64,000 nucleotides of DNA from Ignavibacteriales bacterium (GCA_037441705.1 JBBIRR010000015.1:11068-75067), one strand, 5' to 3'; counted from the first letter of the stretch, positions 1 to 9,900 are shown. Notes: generated from the letters alone by a model not told the origin. Numbers and translations are program-made.

Positions 1-650
1 AAGGACTTACGAGGCATCTCGAGCAAAGCGGAGTGAAGCTGGTGAAGAACACAGCGATCTCCGGTTTTGAGGTTCGGGGGAATCGAGTCAGTGAAGCGGT
101 GACGACGAACGGAAGTATTGCGGCGGATGAGTTTGTATTGGCCGGCGGCTCGTGGTCTCCGGAGATTATCAAGCCGCTCGGACTTCGTTTGTTGGTGGAA
201 GCGGGCAAAGGCTACAGCGTTACGATTCCGCGAACGGAGAAGAAGCCGCGCATTCCCTTCATTTGCACTGAAGCGCGCGTTGCCGTTACCCCCATGGGCG
301 ACACGCTCCGCTTTGCCGGCACGATGGAGATTGCAGGTGTGGACACGAGCATCACACGCCGGCGTGTAGAGGCAATCCTCAATGCCGTTCCGGGCTACAT
401 GGGCGGATTCCGGCCGTCGGAGTTCGATCACGTAGAACCATGGGCAGGCTTGCGCCCCGTCAGTCCCGACGGCGTACCATACATCGGAAGGTTCCGCGCA
501 TACCCGAATCTGATTGCCGCAACCGGACACGCCATGATCGGCATGTCGCTGGCCCCGGTGACGGGGAAGGTGGTGGCGGAGATCCTTGCTGCGAAACCAA
601 TTGCCTTTGATCTCCATCTGCTTGATCCGGATCGCTTTACCACGACTTAA
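1..650 (+). CDS. FAD-dependent D-amino acid dehydrogenase/oxidase family protein (DadA-like), 5' truncated by window edge
   Basis: Frame is open upstream of 33. It has KGYS, WAGLRPVSPDGVPYIG and ATGHAMIGMSLAPVTG motifs typical of the DAO/DadA C-terminal half. Confidence 0.85.
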   Translation, partial: GLTRHLEQSGVKLVKNTAISGFEVRGNRVSEAVTTNGSIAADEFVLAGGSWSPEIIKPLGLRLLVEAGKGYSVTIPRTEKKPRIPFICTEARVAVTPMGDTLRFAGTMEIAGVDTSITRRRVEAILNAVPGYMGGFRPSEFDHVEPWAGLRPVSPDGVPYIGRFRAYPNLIAATGHAMIGMSLAPVTGKVVAEILAAKPIAFDLHLLDPDRFTTT

Positions 651-727
651 GGTTTCGTATGATAACTGCCACCCGGCTTTGACTTTCAGTTGTGTTACCG
701 CTAAATTGGCGGCAGAAGAAGGGCGAG

Positions 728-2005
728 ATGATCAGAAGAATCAAAATCGAAAACTACAAGTCGTTTGAAGAGGTTGAGGTCGGGCTTCGTCCTCTTACGG
801 TGATTTTTGGCCCGAACGCCTCGGGAAAGAGCAATCTCTTCGATGCGCTGAATCTCGTTGCTCGCATAGTCACTTCAAGAAATCTCAAAGAAGCGTTTGA
901 ACATCACCGCGGCTTGCCGTTGGAAGCCGTTCACTACAGCACAGGTTCTTTCGCAGATCTTTTGAAGAAAGACACTCATAGAATCCTCTTTGAGATAGAC
1001 GTGGATCTGAGTGATATTGTTGTGGAGGAGATCGAGCAACGAATTCGTGATCTGCGCAAAGGCATAGAGGCCGAAGGCGGGGAGTCCAACCTTCATGAAA
1101 AGAGCAGAATCACGGAACGGTCTCTTCGCTACAGAATAGAACTGGAGATTCAGTCGAAGAGTGGTGTCCTTCGGGTGATGGACGAGCGTCTCTCAGCACT
1201 CCGGAAGAAAAGCCTCGAGGAGAAAGCAAGAAATCCCTTTATCGAGAAGGTGGGCAACAAGCTGAGTTTGAGAATGGAAGGGCAAGCCCACCCTACAATG
1301 CACGAGATCGGATTGGACTACGCAATCGCATCCACGCCATTATATGTTCCTCACTACCCTCATTTGTCTGCTTTTCGTGAGGAAATGTCTCGATGTCGGT
1401 TCTACTATTTCGAGCCTCGCGTTTTGATGCGAGAGGCCAATGCTATTGCCGATGTGTCTGTGCTGGGTCCTCGGGGTGAGGAGTTGGCTGCGTTTTATCA
1501 CACGCTTTCTCTCCGGAACGAACAACAGTTTCGTGCACTGAAGCTTGCCGCAAAGCAACTCCTGACGCGTATTACTGATCTTGACGTTGAGAAGACAGAA
1601 AAGGCGGAGGTATTCCTTCGAGTATGGGAAGATGGTGCTTCATATTCGAACCGGCTGATCTCGGAAGGTACTCTTCGGGTTCTCGGACTGCTGGCTGCTC
1701 TTTCTCCGACCTCTGGATCAACGACTGTTGGTTATGAAGAGCCGGAGAATGGAGTTCACCCAAGGCGGTTGCAAACTATTGCCGAGCTTCTCAAGAACGC
1801 CGCAAATGGATCTCGGCAGGTGTTGGTCAATACACACTCGCCTATTCTTCCTACATACTTTGACAACGAGGATTTGCTCATCTGTCAGAGACACGGGCCC
1901 TCGACGAGGTTTATTCCATTCTCCTCGCACGGTGAAATATTTCGCTCGCACGAAATCGAAACGTACCTGGAGGAGCGCATCGTGCGAGGAGACTATGGCG
2001 GCTAA
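728..2005 (+). CDS. ABC-type AAA_21/AAA_15 family ATPase
   Basis: IKIENYKS start, Walker A GPNASGKS, signature ISEGT, Walker B/D-loop GYEEPENGVHP, H-loop NTHSP. ATG at 728. Confidence 0.9.
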   Translation: MIRRIKIENYKSFEEVEVGLRPLTVIFGPNASGKSNLFDALNLVARIVTSRNLKEAFEHHRGLPLEAVHYSTGSFADLLKKDTHRILFEIDVDLSDIVVEEIEQRIRDLRKGIEAEGGESNLHEKSRITERSLRYRIELEIQSKSGVLRVMDERLSALRKKSLEEKARNPFIEKVGNKLSLRMEGQAHPTMHEIGLDYAIASTPLYVPHYPHLSAFREEMSRCRFYYFEPRVLMREANAIADVSVLGPRGEELAAFYHTLSLRNEQQFRALKLAAKQLLTRITDLDVEKTEKAEVFLRVWEDGASYSNRLISEGTLRVLGLLAALSPTSGSTTVGYEEPENGVHPRRLQTIAELLKNAANGSRQVLVNTHSPILPTYFDNEDLLICQRHGPSTRFIPFSSHGEIFRSHEIETYLEERIVRGDYGG

Positions 2006-2606
2006 TCGCATCATTGCCTTTTTTCTCGAAGATAGCGCTCAAGAAGCCCTTATCCCCTCCCTTGTTCGACGGCTCATTGCAGAAGCAGGGTTGAGTACCG
2101 AGAAATTTGAGTTCCTCATCTTACACTCCCGAGGTGGCGGATCACTTCGATCATTCAAAACATTTCTCAAAGATGCCAGAAAACGCAGGTATCTCATTGA
2201 CCTGCTCATCGTAGGTTCGGATGCGAATTGCAAAGGCTTCAGCGAGCGCAGGAATACTATCCTGAAAGCGGGAAGAGGCTCTCCTTATCTGGACAGGATC
2301 ATTCCAGCAATACCCGATCCTCATATTGAGCGGTGGTTTATGCTGGATATGAAAGCGCTGAGTAAGGCGTCTCAACTTGCTTTGCAAGGAGAACTTCCAG
2401 CCTACAAGTGCGATAAGGGTCGCTACAAGGGGCTCCTCCGAGATGTTTTCCAGAGGAGCGGTGTTGCCCCGCCACTTGGTGGCGTTGAATATGGACCGGA
2501 CGTCGCGGTTGAGATGGACCTCTATCACGCCTGTAAGCTGAATAGTGGCTTGGATAGTTTTGTGCGAGAAGTCCGTGCCTGGCTAAAGCAAATCGAAGTC
2601 TCATGA
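1995..2606 (+). CDS. DUF4276/RloB-like TOPRIM-fold protein, partner of the upstream ATPase
   Basis: ATG 1995 overlaps the ATPase 3' end. Motifs FFLED, RGGG, IVGSDAN and IERW match the TOPRIM-like partners of AAA_21 ATPases. Confidence 0.7.
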   Translation: MAANRIIAFFLEDSAQEALIPSLVRRLIAEAGLSTEKFEFLILHSRGGGSLRSFKTFLKDARKRRYLIDLLIVGSDANCKGFSERRNTILKAGRGSPYLDRIIPAIPDPHIERWFMLDMKALSKASQLALQGELPAYKCDKGRYKGLLRDVFQRSGVAPPLGGVEYGPDVAVEMDLYHACKLNSGLDSFVREVRAWLKQIEVS

Positions 2607-2636
2607 TCTTCTTCTCAAAACTCAAGCACCTCCCCA

Positions 2637-3812
2637 ATGCTTATCAAACAAAAAATTCACCAGGCTCAAGCTCTCCTCAAGGAGTTCGATGTTGACTGCT
2701 GGCTTACGTTCGTGCGCGAGACGGCACTCAACGGCGATCCTGTTCTGCCTTTCCTCGTGGATGGCGATCTGACATGGCATTCAGCTTTCATTATCACCCC
2801 CCAGCATGCCTATGCCATCGTCGGTCAGTACGATAAACAAGGCGTGGTAGATGTTGGAGCGTACGACGACGTGATCGGCTACGTGAAAGGCATCAAGGAA
2901 CATTTTCTTGCACTGATGAAGAGCCTCGATCCGCGGAAGATCGCCGTCAACTACTCGGTGGGCAGCGAAATCTGTGACGGCATCACGCACGGGATGTACC
3001 TCACGCTGCGCGACTTTTTGTACGAGCTTGATATGCAGGACAGGATTGTTTCGGCGGAGAAGATCGTCTCAGCGTTGCGCGCGCGAAAGACTCCGGCAGA
3101 GGTGGACAACATCAAGAACGCCATCAGCATCACGGAACGCATCTTTGCCGAGGTTGCTTCGTTCATCGCTCCGGGCAGAACGGAGAAGGAAATCGCCGCG
3201 TTCATGAAGCACAAAGCCGACGCCGCGGGTGTCACCTACGCGTGGGATCCGCGTTCGTGTCCGGCCGTCTTTACCGGACCGGATACAGCCGAGGCGCATT
3301 ACGGTCCGACCGATCGCGTCGTGCAGCGTGGGCACATTCTCAACATGGACTTCGGGCTGAAATACAACGGCTATTGTTCCGACCTGCAGCGAACGTTCTA
3401 CATATTGGAAGAAGGCGAAACCGCCGCGCCTCCCGATGTGCAAAGAGGTTTCGATACGATCGTGACATCCATTGAACTTGCGCGGCAGCAGATGCGGCCG
3501 GGTGTGCAAGGAGTTGAAATAGACAAGACGGCACGTACGTTCATCACGCAGTCAGGCTATCCGGAATATCCTCACGGGCTTGGTCATCAGGTTGGGCGTT
3601 TTGCACACGACGGCACCGCATTGCTCGGCCCGGCGTGGGAGAAGTATGCGCAGAAGCCGTTTCAAAAACTCGAAGCCGGCATGGTGTTCACGCTTGAGCC
3701 CCGCTTGCCCGTTCCCGGTCGGGGCATCGTAACGATCGAGGAGATGGTTCTGGTGACCGAAAGCGGAGCGGATTTTCTCTCTACCCCACAGAAGCAACTT
3801 ACCCTCATCTAA
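2637..3812 (+). CDS. Xaa-Pro aminopeptidase (M24B family)
   Basis: Metal-binding motifs DFG..YCSDLQRT, HGLGHQVG..HD, FTLEP and IEEMV. Confidence 0.92.
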   Translation: MLIKQKIHQAQALLKEFDVDCWLTFVRETALNGDPVLPFLVDGDLTWHSAFIITPQHAYAIVGQYDKQGVVDVGAYDDVIGYVKGIKEHFLALMKSLDPRKIAVNYSVGSEICDGITHGMYLTLRDFLYELDMQDRIVSAEKIVSALRARKTPAEVDNIKNAISITERIFAEVASFIAPGRTEKEIAAFMKHKADAAGVTYAWDPRSCPAVFTGPDTAEAHYGPTDRVVQRGHILNMDFGLKYNGYCSDLQRTFYILEEGETAAPPDVQRGFDTIVTSIELARQQMRPGVQGVEIDKTARTFITQSGYPEYPHGLGHQVGRFAHDGTALLGPAWEKYAQKPFQKLEAGMVFTLEPRLPVPGRGIVTIEEMVLVTESGADFLSTPQKQLTLI

Positions 3813-3820
3813 CGTTCAAA

Positions 3821-3879
3821 TCCATAAATTTTAGGGAATTTATGGATCGGCGCTCCATAAATTCTTGAAAATTTATGGG
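3821..3879. promoter_or_regulatory. Two tandem palindromic operator-like sites, TCCATAAATT-N6-AATTTATGG(A/G)
   Basis: 3821-3846 is a perfect 10-bp inverted repeat with a 6-bp spacer. 3854-3879 is the same with 9/10 matches. Period is 33 bp, upstream of the DUF4143 ATPase. Confidence 0.7.
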
Positions 3880-3960
3880 AATTGGGCTACATTCTCTTAG
3901 GCCGAATCCGAGTCGCAAAATGAGAATCAAGATTTCTCTCAGCCTATCCACTATTCATCC

Positions 3961-5091
3961 ATGAATCACATTGAGCGGGCCATAACTCTCGAAAGCCAGA
4001 TCAAACGGGGAAAGGTTGTGGTGATCTATGGACCAAGACGTGTAGGCAAAACGACCCTTCTGACGGACTTTCTTTCCAAAACAAAACTCAAGTACAAGCT
4101 CGATTCCGGTGACAACATCCGTACGCAATCTGTGCTTGGCTCTCGAGACTTCTCGCTTCTGAAAGAGTATGCCGCCGGCTACGAGCTGATTGCAATTGAT
4201 GAAGCTCAACAGATTCCTAATGTGGGGATGGGGCTGAAAATCCTTGTGGATCAGCAGCCGAACCTCTTCATCATTGCGACAGGATCGTCGTCGTTCGATC
4301 TTTCGCAATCTGTCGGCGAACCGTTAACAGGTAGGAAGAGCACGATCCTGCTTTACCCCATTTCTCAACTTGAGCTGCTCAAGAGCAGCAATACTTTTGA
4401 GTTGAAGGAACGCCTGGAGGAGTTTCTGGTTTTCGGCTCGTATCCGGAAGTCATCACAGCGTCAACCAGGAATGAAAAAAAGGCCTTGTTGCGAGAGCTG
4501 GTTGACTCCTATCTCCTCAAAGATGTGTTGCAGCTTGAGAGACTCCGAGGGGCGAAACAACTTCTCGATCTCCTAAAACTTCTTGCCTTTCAAATTGGTA
4601 ATCTCGTTTCGCTCAACGAGCTGGCCGCACAAGTTCACATGGATGTGAAGACCGTTGGAAAATACCTCGACATTCTGGAGAAGGCATTTGTCATCAAGCG
4701 CGTTGGAGGTTTCAGTCGCAACCTGAGAAAAGAAATTGTTGCGAAGAACAAGTACTATTTCTACGATAACGGTGTGCGCAATGCTGTGATCTCGCAGTTC
4801 AATGGATTGGACAGCAGGAATGATGAGGGGGCGTTGTTCGAGAATTTTATCATGATGGAGCGCCTGAAGTTTCGCGAATACAAGAACGTCTTCGGCGAAA
4901 CATACTTCTGGCGCAGCTACAGCGGCGCGGAAATTGATATTGTAGAAGATCGCGACGGCAAGATCTTCCCCTATGAAATTAAATGGTCACCGAAAGGGCC
5001 GCAGCAGGCACCGAAGGAATGGACTGCATCATACCCGAACGCAGAGTACCACATCGTGACGCGAAAGGATTACCTCTCCTTCATCACATAA
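3961..5091 (+). CDS. ATP-binding protein, AAA_14 + DUF4143 (wHTH and PD-(D/E)xK-like C-terminus)
   Basis: Walker A GPRRVGKT, Walker B IAIDEAQ, TGSS, LTGR, GSYP, KYYFYDNG, GALFEN and EID...EIK. Confidence 0.9.
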   Translation: MNHIERAITLESQIKRGKVVVIYGPRRVGKTTLLTDFLSKTKLKYKLDSGDNIRTQSVLGSRDFSLLKEYAAGYELIAIDEAQQIPNVGMGLKILVDQQPNLFIIATGSSSFDLSQSVGEPLTGRKSTILLYPISQLELLKSSNTFELKERLEEFLVFGSYPEVITASTRNEKKALLRELVDSYLLKDVLQLERLRGAKQLLDLLKLLAFQIGNLVSLNELAAQVHMDVKTVGKYLDILEKAFVIKRVGGFSRNLRKEIVAKNKYYFYDNGVRNAVISQFNGLDSRNDEGALFENFIMMERLKFREYKNVFGETYFWRSYSGAEIDIVEDRDGKIFPYEIKWSPKGPQQAPKEWTASYPNAEYHIVTRKDYLSFIT

Positions 5092-5103
5092 TCGTGGCTC
5101 TTC

Positions 5104-6315
5104 TCATCGGCCCGCTTGCACCGTACCGCTTGCTTCTGCACGCGCGAACGGAAGGCGAGCCGGTCGGCTGTAGAATGTCCGCTTCAACGCGCCGGCGAGC
5201 TTGCCATTATCCTGCCGCAGCAGTTCATACGAGAAAATCACCTCGCCGTTGTAGCCGCTCACGCGGTTGTGGCGGATTGCTTCTATCAGTGCCTCCTGCG
5301 TAACAGCGCCGCTTCCCTCCTTCAACACCACCGCAGGGAATTGATACCGGTTCTTCTGTTTGATTTTGAGGGAGTCTCTGTGTTGTGCATCGAGCGTTCG
5401 CCGGTAAATCTGCATGTTGCCGGCGTGAACCTGCGGCGAGATGACATCGGCATAAAACTCTCCGTACGGATTCTCATGAATCCACGTGCGCCAGTCGTGA
5501 AGGTAACCGTTGAGCGCTTCGCGGTACGGCAGCGGCGCCCACATCATCACGAAGCGGGCTTTGAATGCCTTGACGCGCCTGTACAGTTTCTGGACCACGC
5601 TGTTGATGCGCACAGCGCGCCAGTATTTCCAATGCGTGTCGTGCACGTCCTGCGGCGGCGTGTTGCCTGCATGCGTTTCCTGAAACAGCGCGGTTGTGAT
5701 GGAATCATATCCCGCTTCGATTGGTTCGGCAAGCAGAAGGTCGCCACCCTGCACGCCGTCCACGTCGTATGATTTTGCCACTTCGGAAAGCAAGGCGAGC
5801 ACAAACTCCTGAACCTCGGGGTGAAGAGGGTTCAGCCATGCAATGCCGTTTCTTGTGACCGCATTTCCTTGCCGATCACGCGCGGCCCAGTGAGGCTTCT
5901 TCTTAAGCACGAGATTGTTCTCAGGCGGTCGTGGTGCCAGGCCAAGTCCAAACGTCGGGATGACGGCGAGGTTACGCTTGCGCGCCTCTTCGATCAGTTC
6001 CGCGAGAGGATCCCGTCTGCCCGGTTTATCTTGAGGTTGTCCAAACCACTGTTCCATCACGCTGCTCGGGTAGAGCGTGGTACCGCCGTTCCAGACGACC
6101 GGAAATACAGCGTTGAAGTTGTGGTCGGCAAGAAACTGCGTTGCCTCGGCGATGGTCTCACGGCTTGCAAAGAGGACATCATCCGTCAGCCATACGCCGC
6201 GCAGTTCGATGGGAATAGGCGGAGGCATGGTCCCCGAAGCGGAGCATCCGCTCATAAGCAGGATCAGCAGAATAACCGTCAGCGTTCGCAGAACAGACGA
6301 CACGGAAGACATCAT
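5104..6315 (-). CDS. Glycoside hydrolase-like 10 (UPF0748/YddW-like) lipoprotein
   Basis: Lipobox LMSGC, ELRGVW, FNAVFPVVW, WLNPLHPEVQEF and YDVDG. Start at 6315 is preferred because TATGTTTG lies at 6349-6342. Confidence 0.8.
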   Translation of the reverse strand: MMSSVSSVLRTLTVILLILLMSGCSASGTMPPPIPIELRGVWLTDDVLFASRETIAEATQFLADHNFNAVFPVVWNGGTTLYPSSVMEQWFGQPQDKPGRRDPLAELIEEARKRNLAVIPTFGLGLAPRPPENNLVLKKKPHWAARDRQGNAVTRNGIAWLNPLHPEVQEFVLALLSEVAKSYDVDGVQGGDLLLAEPIEAGYDSITTALFQETHAGNTPPQDVHDTHWKYWRAVRINSVVQKLYRRVKAFKARFVMMWAPLPYREALNGYLHDWRTWIHENPYGEFYADVISPQVHAGNMQIYRRTLDAQHRDSLKIKQKNRYQFPAVVLKEGSGAVTQEALIEAIRHNRVSGYNGEVIFSYELLRQDNGKLAGALKRTFYSRPARLPFARAEASGTVQAGR

Positions 6316-6445
6316 GGATGATTTCGGAAACGGATTTTTGACAAACATACGAAAACTCCCGATGGAGAAAAAGAGCACGACGTCTGTTGCAAGCGAGAGA
6401 AATTCCGTATTATGACGCACGTATCACTCTGCATGATGAGAAGTC

Positions 6446-6862
6446 ATGACGCTGGATTTTCCTACACGGCCCGTCACGGTGGACTGCGTGATCTTTCAGG
6501 GCGACGATGTTGTGTTGATCAAGCGGGCGCATGATCCGTTCAAAGGTTACTATGCACTTCCGGGCGGGTTCGTTGATGTCAACGAAACGGTGGAAGAGGC
6601 ATGCCGGCGTGAGGTGTTAGAGGAGACCGGTCTTCCGGTCGGCAACTTGCGTCTGGTGGGCGTGTACTCCGATCCGGCACGCGATACAATCCGCCATACG
6701 GTGGCGATTGCCTTTCTGGGCGAGGCGGAGGTTTCGAACCTCAGGGCGGGTGATGATGCCTCGCACGCTGAACGTGTTCGTGCGTGGCGGACACTCCCCC
6801 TCGCGTTCGATCATCGGCGCATTATCGAAGACGCCTGGCAGATGAAGAATTCGGAACGCTGA
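6446..6862 (+). CDS. NUDIX hydrolase
   Basis: Nudix box GGFVDVNETVEEACRREVLEETG, plus RD and LAFDH motifs. Confidence 0.93.
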   Translation: MTLDFPTRPVTVDCVIFQGDDVVLIKRAHDPFKGYYALPGGFVDVNETVEEACRREVLEETGLPVGNLRLVGVYSDPARDTIRHTVAIAFLGEAEVSNLRAGDDASHAERVRAWRTLPLAFDHRRIIEDAWQMKNSER

Positions 6863-6992
6863 CGGCTTACCTCAACGCTTGGCCTCTCAACAGAACTGCA
6901 CGCTTCGGTGTTGGCCCTTTCTTGCTATTCCTACGCTCAATGTCTATATTTTTTCAGGGTACTGGTACTCGGCACAAGCAAGCAAACTCCCC

Positions 6993-8009
6993 ATGACGGT
7001 GACGGAAATACAACCGCAGACAGTTCGGGCGCATGAAGTGTTCGGCGACTTCTGGTTCAATTCCGAGCCTGTTCTCATTTCGGCGTTGCGAGGACGAGTC
7101 GTTTTGGTTGAGTTCTGGGATTTCACGTGCGTCGGTTCGCTGCGTACGCTTCCGTACGTCAAGGAGTGGCACCGCAAGTATCACGACTACGGGCTTGTCG
7201 TCATCGGCGTGCACACCCCGAAATTCCCGTTTGCGAAAGATCCCGAGCTTGTGCAAAAGGCCGTCGAACGCCTCGGCATTCGTTATCCGGTGGTGATGGA
7301 CAACGAGGGGATCATCGCAGCGCGCTACGACCAGCGGACATGGCCGTCCATCGTTCTCATCGACAAGCATGGCTACATCCGCTACCAGAATACCGGCGAC
7401 GGCAATTACACGACAACCGAACGCGTTCTTCAGGCGCTTCTGTACGACACGCTCGCCGGAGAAAACCTGCCCACGCTGATGGAGCCGCTGCGCGAAGAAG
7501 ATCGCGCAGGAGCCGTGCTCTACCGCTCGACGCCGGAATTGTTTGCGGGCTACGTGCGCGGCAGCATCGGGAACATCGAAGGGTACAGTCCCGAGTCCGT
7601 CGTCACGTACGCCGATCCCGAGTTCTATCTCGATGATCGAATTTATGCGGCAGGAGCATGGTTGAACGATCGGAACTGTCTGCTGCATTGCGATCGTTCG
7701 CCGGCCAGTCTTGTTGTGAGCTATCATGCGACAGAGGTGGATGCCGTTTTGCGGATGGACGGTGAAGGAGAAGTGGTGATTACGCAGGATGACCGGTACC
7801 TGAGTGCTGAGAATAAGGGAGACGACATCCGCATTGCCCCGGACGGAAAAAGCACCGTCGCCGTTTCCGGGCCGCGCGCATACCAGCTTGTCAGGAACAG
7901 ACAATTTGGCGAACACGTCCTTCGCCTTTCGACGACGGGGGATGGGTTTGCGCTCTACTCATTCATGTTCGTCTCGAGCGTCATTCCCGAACTCGTCTCC
8001 AACACCTGA
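6993..8009 (+). CDS. DipZ-like redoxin (thioredoxin domain plus C-terminal beta domain), CxxS active site
   Basis: WFNSEP..LRGRVVLVEFWDFTCVGS, GVHTPKF, WP..LIDKHG and TPELFAG. ATG at 6993. Confidence 0.8.
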   Translation: MTVTEIQPQTVRAHEVFGDFWFNSEPVLISALRGRVVLVEFWDFTCVGSLRTLPYVKEWHRKYHDYGLVVIGVHTPKFPFAKDPELVQKAVERLGIRYPVVMDNEGIIAARYDQRTWPSIVLIDKHGYIRYQNTGDGNYTTTERVLQALLYDTLAGENLPTLMEPLREEDRAGAVLYRSTPELFAGYVRGSIGNIEGYSPESVVTYADPEFYLDDRIYAAGAWLNDRNCLLHCDRSPASLVVSYHATEVDAVLRMDGEGEVVITQDDRYLSAENKGDDIRIAPDGKSTVAVSGPRAYQLVRNRQFGEHVLRLSTTGDGFALYSFMFVSSVIPELVSNT

Positions 8010-8079
8010 GCAGCTCAAGCACGGAATGTTTGTGAGACGGCGGGCAGTACGCTCGCCGTTGTTTGTTTTCGAGTCCGTT

Positions 8080-9900
8080 ATGAAATCCTTTCTCGACATC
8101 CTCAACGAAAAAATCATTGTGTTTGATGGAGCCACCGGTACGCATCTGCAAAGTCAGCAGTTGACACCGGATGACTTCGGCGGCGAGCATCTCAACGGAT
8201 GCAACGAGTATCTCGTCGTCTCCAAACCATCGGCGGTTGAATTGGTGCACAGCGACTACCTCGAAGCGGGCGCCGATGTGATCGAGACCAACTCCTTCGG
8301 CGGAACGTCCATCGTGCTGGCCGAATACGGGCTGGCCGATCGGGCCTACGAGCTGAATCTGAAGGCCGCACGAATTGCCAAGCGCGTTGCGCAGGATTTC
8401 TCCCGACCCGATCACCCGCGCTTCGTCGCCGGTTCGATCGGCCCGACGACGAAACTTCCCTCTCTCGGACATATCAGCTTCAAGCAGATGGCGGCAGCCT
8501 ACCATGAGCAGGCAAGGGGTTTGGTGGAGGGAGGAGTTGATCTGCTGTGCGTTGAAACCTGCCAGGATATTCTGCAGGCGAAGGCCGCGCTGTACGGCAT
8601 CTTCGACTATTTCGAGCAAGCGCGCCGACGCGTTCCGGTCATCGTCTCGGTGACGGTCGAGACGACGGGTACGCTTCTTCTCGGCACGGAAATCTCCGCA
8701 GCGCTCACATCGCTCGAGCCGTACGACGTGGACGTCATCGGAATGAACTGTGCAACGGGACCCGCGGAGATGTCCGAACACGTGCGTGTGTTGTGCAGCA
8801 GCAGCCCGAAGCCGGTGTTCGTCATGCCCAACGCAGGAATTCCCGAGAACGTCGGCGGGCGCGCACACTACAAGCTCACGCCCGAAGAGCTTGCCCACTT
8901 CATGACCCATTTTGTGACCGACCTGGGCGTAAGCATTGTGGGTGGATGTTGCGGGACGACAAAGGAACACATTCGGCACCTTGCGCGGGCCGTCGGCGGA
9001 TTGGCTCCGCAACAGCGGAGGATTGAGTTCATCCCCAGCGCCTCCAGTCTGTATCAATCTGTTCCGCTGACCATCAACCCGCCGCCGGTGCTCATCGGCG
9101 AGCGCACGAACGCCAACGGCAGCAAGCAGTTCAGGGATCTTCTCGCACGAGAGGATTGGGAAGGAATTGTTGCCATGGGACGTGAAGCGGTAAAGGAAGG
9201 TGCTCACATGGTGGATGTCTGCGCGGCGTATGTGGGCCGCAACGAAGCGAAGGACATGCACGAGATCATCTTCCGCTTCAACACGCAGGTGCCGCTGCCG
9301 ATCGTCATTGATTCGACCGAAGCAAACGTGATCGAAGAGGCGCTGCAGCTTATCGGCGGCAAGGCAATCGTCAACTCCATCAATCTCGAAGATGGCGAGA
9401 AAAGGATTGACGACGTCGTGCCTCTCTGCAAGAAATACGGCGCGGCCGTCATTGCCCTCACGATTGATGAACAGGGAATGGCCAAGACAGCACAGCGGAA
9501 GCTTGCCGTCGCGCGACGCATCTACGATCTCGTGGTCAACAAATATGCGATGAAACCGCACGATCTCATCTTCGACACGCTGACGTTCACGCTCGGCTCG
9601 GGTGATGAAGAATTCCGCCGTGCCGGCATTGAAACGCTGGAGGCGATTCGTCTAATCAAGAAAGAATTTCCCGGTGTGAAGACCATCCTCGGCATCAGCA
9701 ACATTTCGTTCGGGCTGGCTCCGCATGTCCGGCATGTCCTGAACTCGGTGTTCCTGCACTACGCCATCGAAGCAGGGCTTGACATGGCCATCGTGCATGC
9801 ATCGAAGATCATGCCGCTGTATAAGATCGACGAGCGGGGACGGGAGCTGTGCCGGCAGTTGATTTTTGATGAGAGGAAGTATGAAGAGGTGGTCGCGTGA
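8080..9900 (+). CDS. metH: B12-dependent methionine synthase, N-terminal half (homocysteine-binding and pterin-binding domains)
   Basis: DGATGT, ETNSFG, GMNCATGP, PNAGIP, GGCCGT, IGERTNANGSK and NSINLEDG. Confidence 0.93.
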   Translation: MKSFLDILNEKIIVFDGATGTHLQSQQLTPDDFGGEHLNGCNEYLVVSKPSAVELVHSDYLEAGADVIETNSFGGTSIVLAEYGLADRAYELNLKAARIAKRVAQDFSRPDHPRFVAGSIGPTTKLPSLGHISFKQMAAAYHEQARGLVEGGVDLLCVETCQDILQAKAALYGIFDYFEQARRRVPVIVSVTVETTGTLLLGTEISAALTSLEPYDVDVIGMNCATGPAEMSEHVRVLCSSSPKPVFVMPNAGIPENVGGRAHYKLTPEELAHFMTHFVTDLGVSIVGGCCGTTKEHIRHLARAVGGLAPQQRRIEFIPSASSLYQSVPLTINPPPVLIGERTNANGSKQFRDLLAREDWEGIVAMGREAVKEGAHMVDVCAAYVGRNEAKDMHEIIFRFNTQVPLPIVIDSTEANVIEEALQLIGGKAIVNSINLEDGEKRIDDVVPLCKKYGAAVIALTIDEQGMAKTAQRKLAVARRIYDLVVNKYAMKPHDLIFDTLTFTLGSGDEEFRRAGIETLEAIRLIKKEFPGVKTILGISNISFGLAPHVRHVLNSVFLHYAIEAGLDMAIVHASKIMPLYKIDERGRELCRQLIFDERKYEEVVA

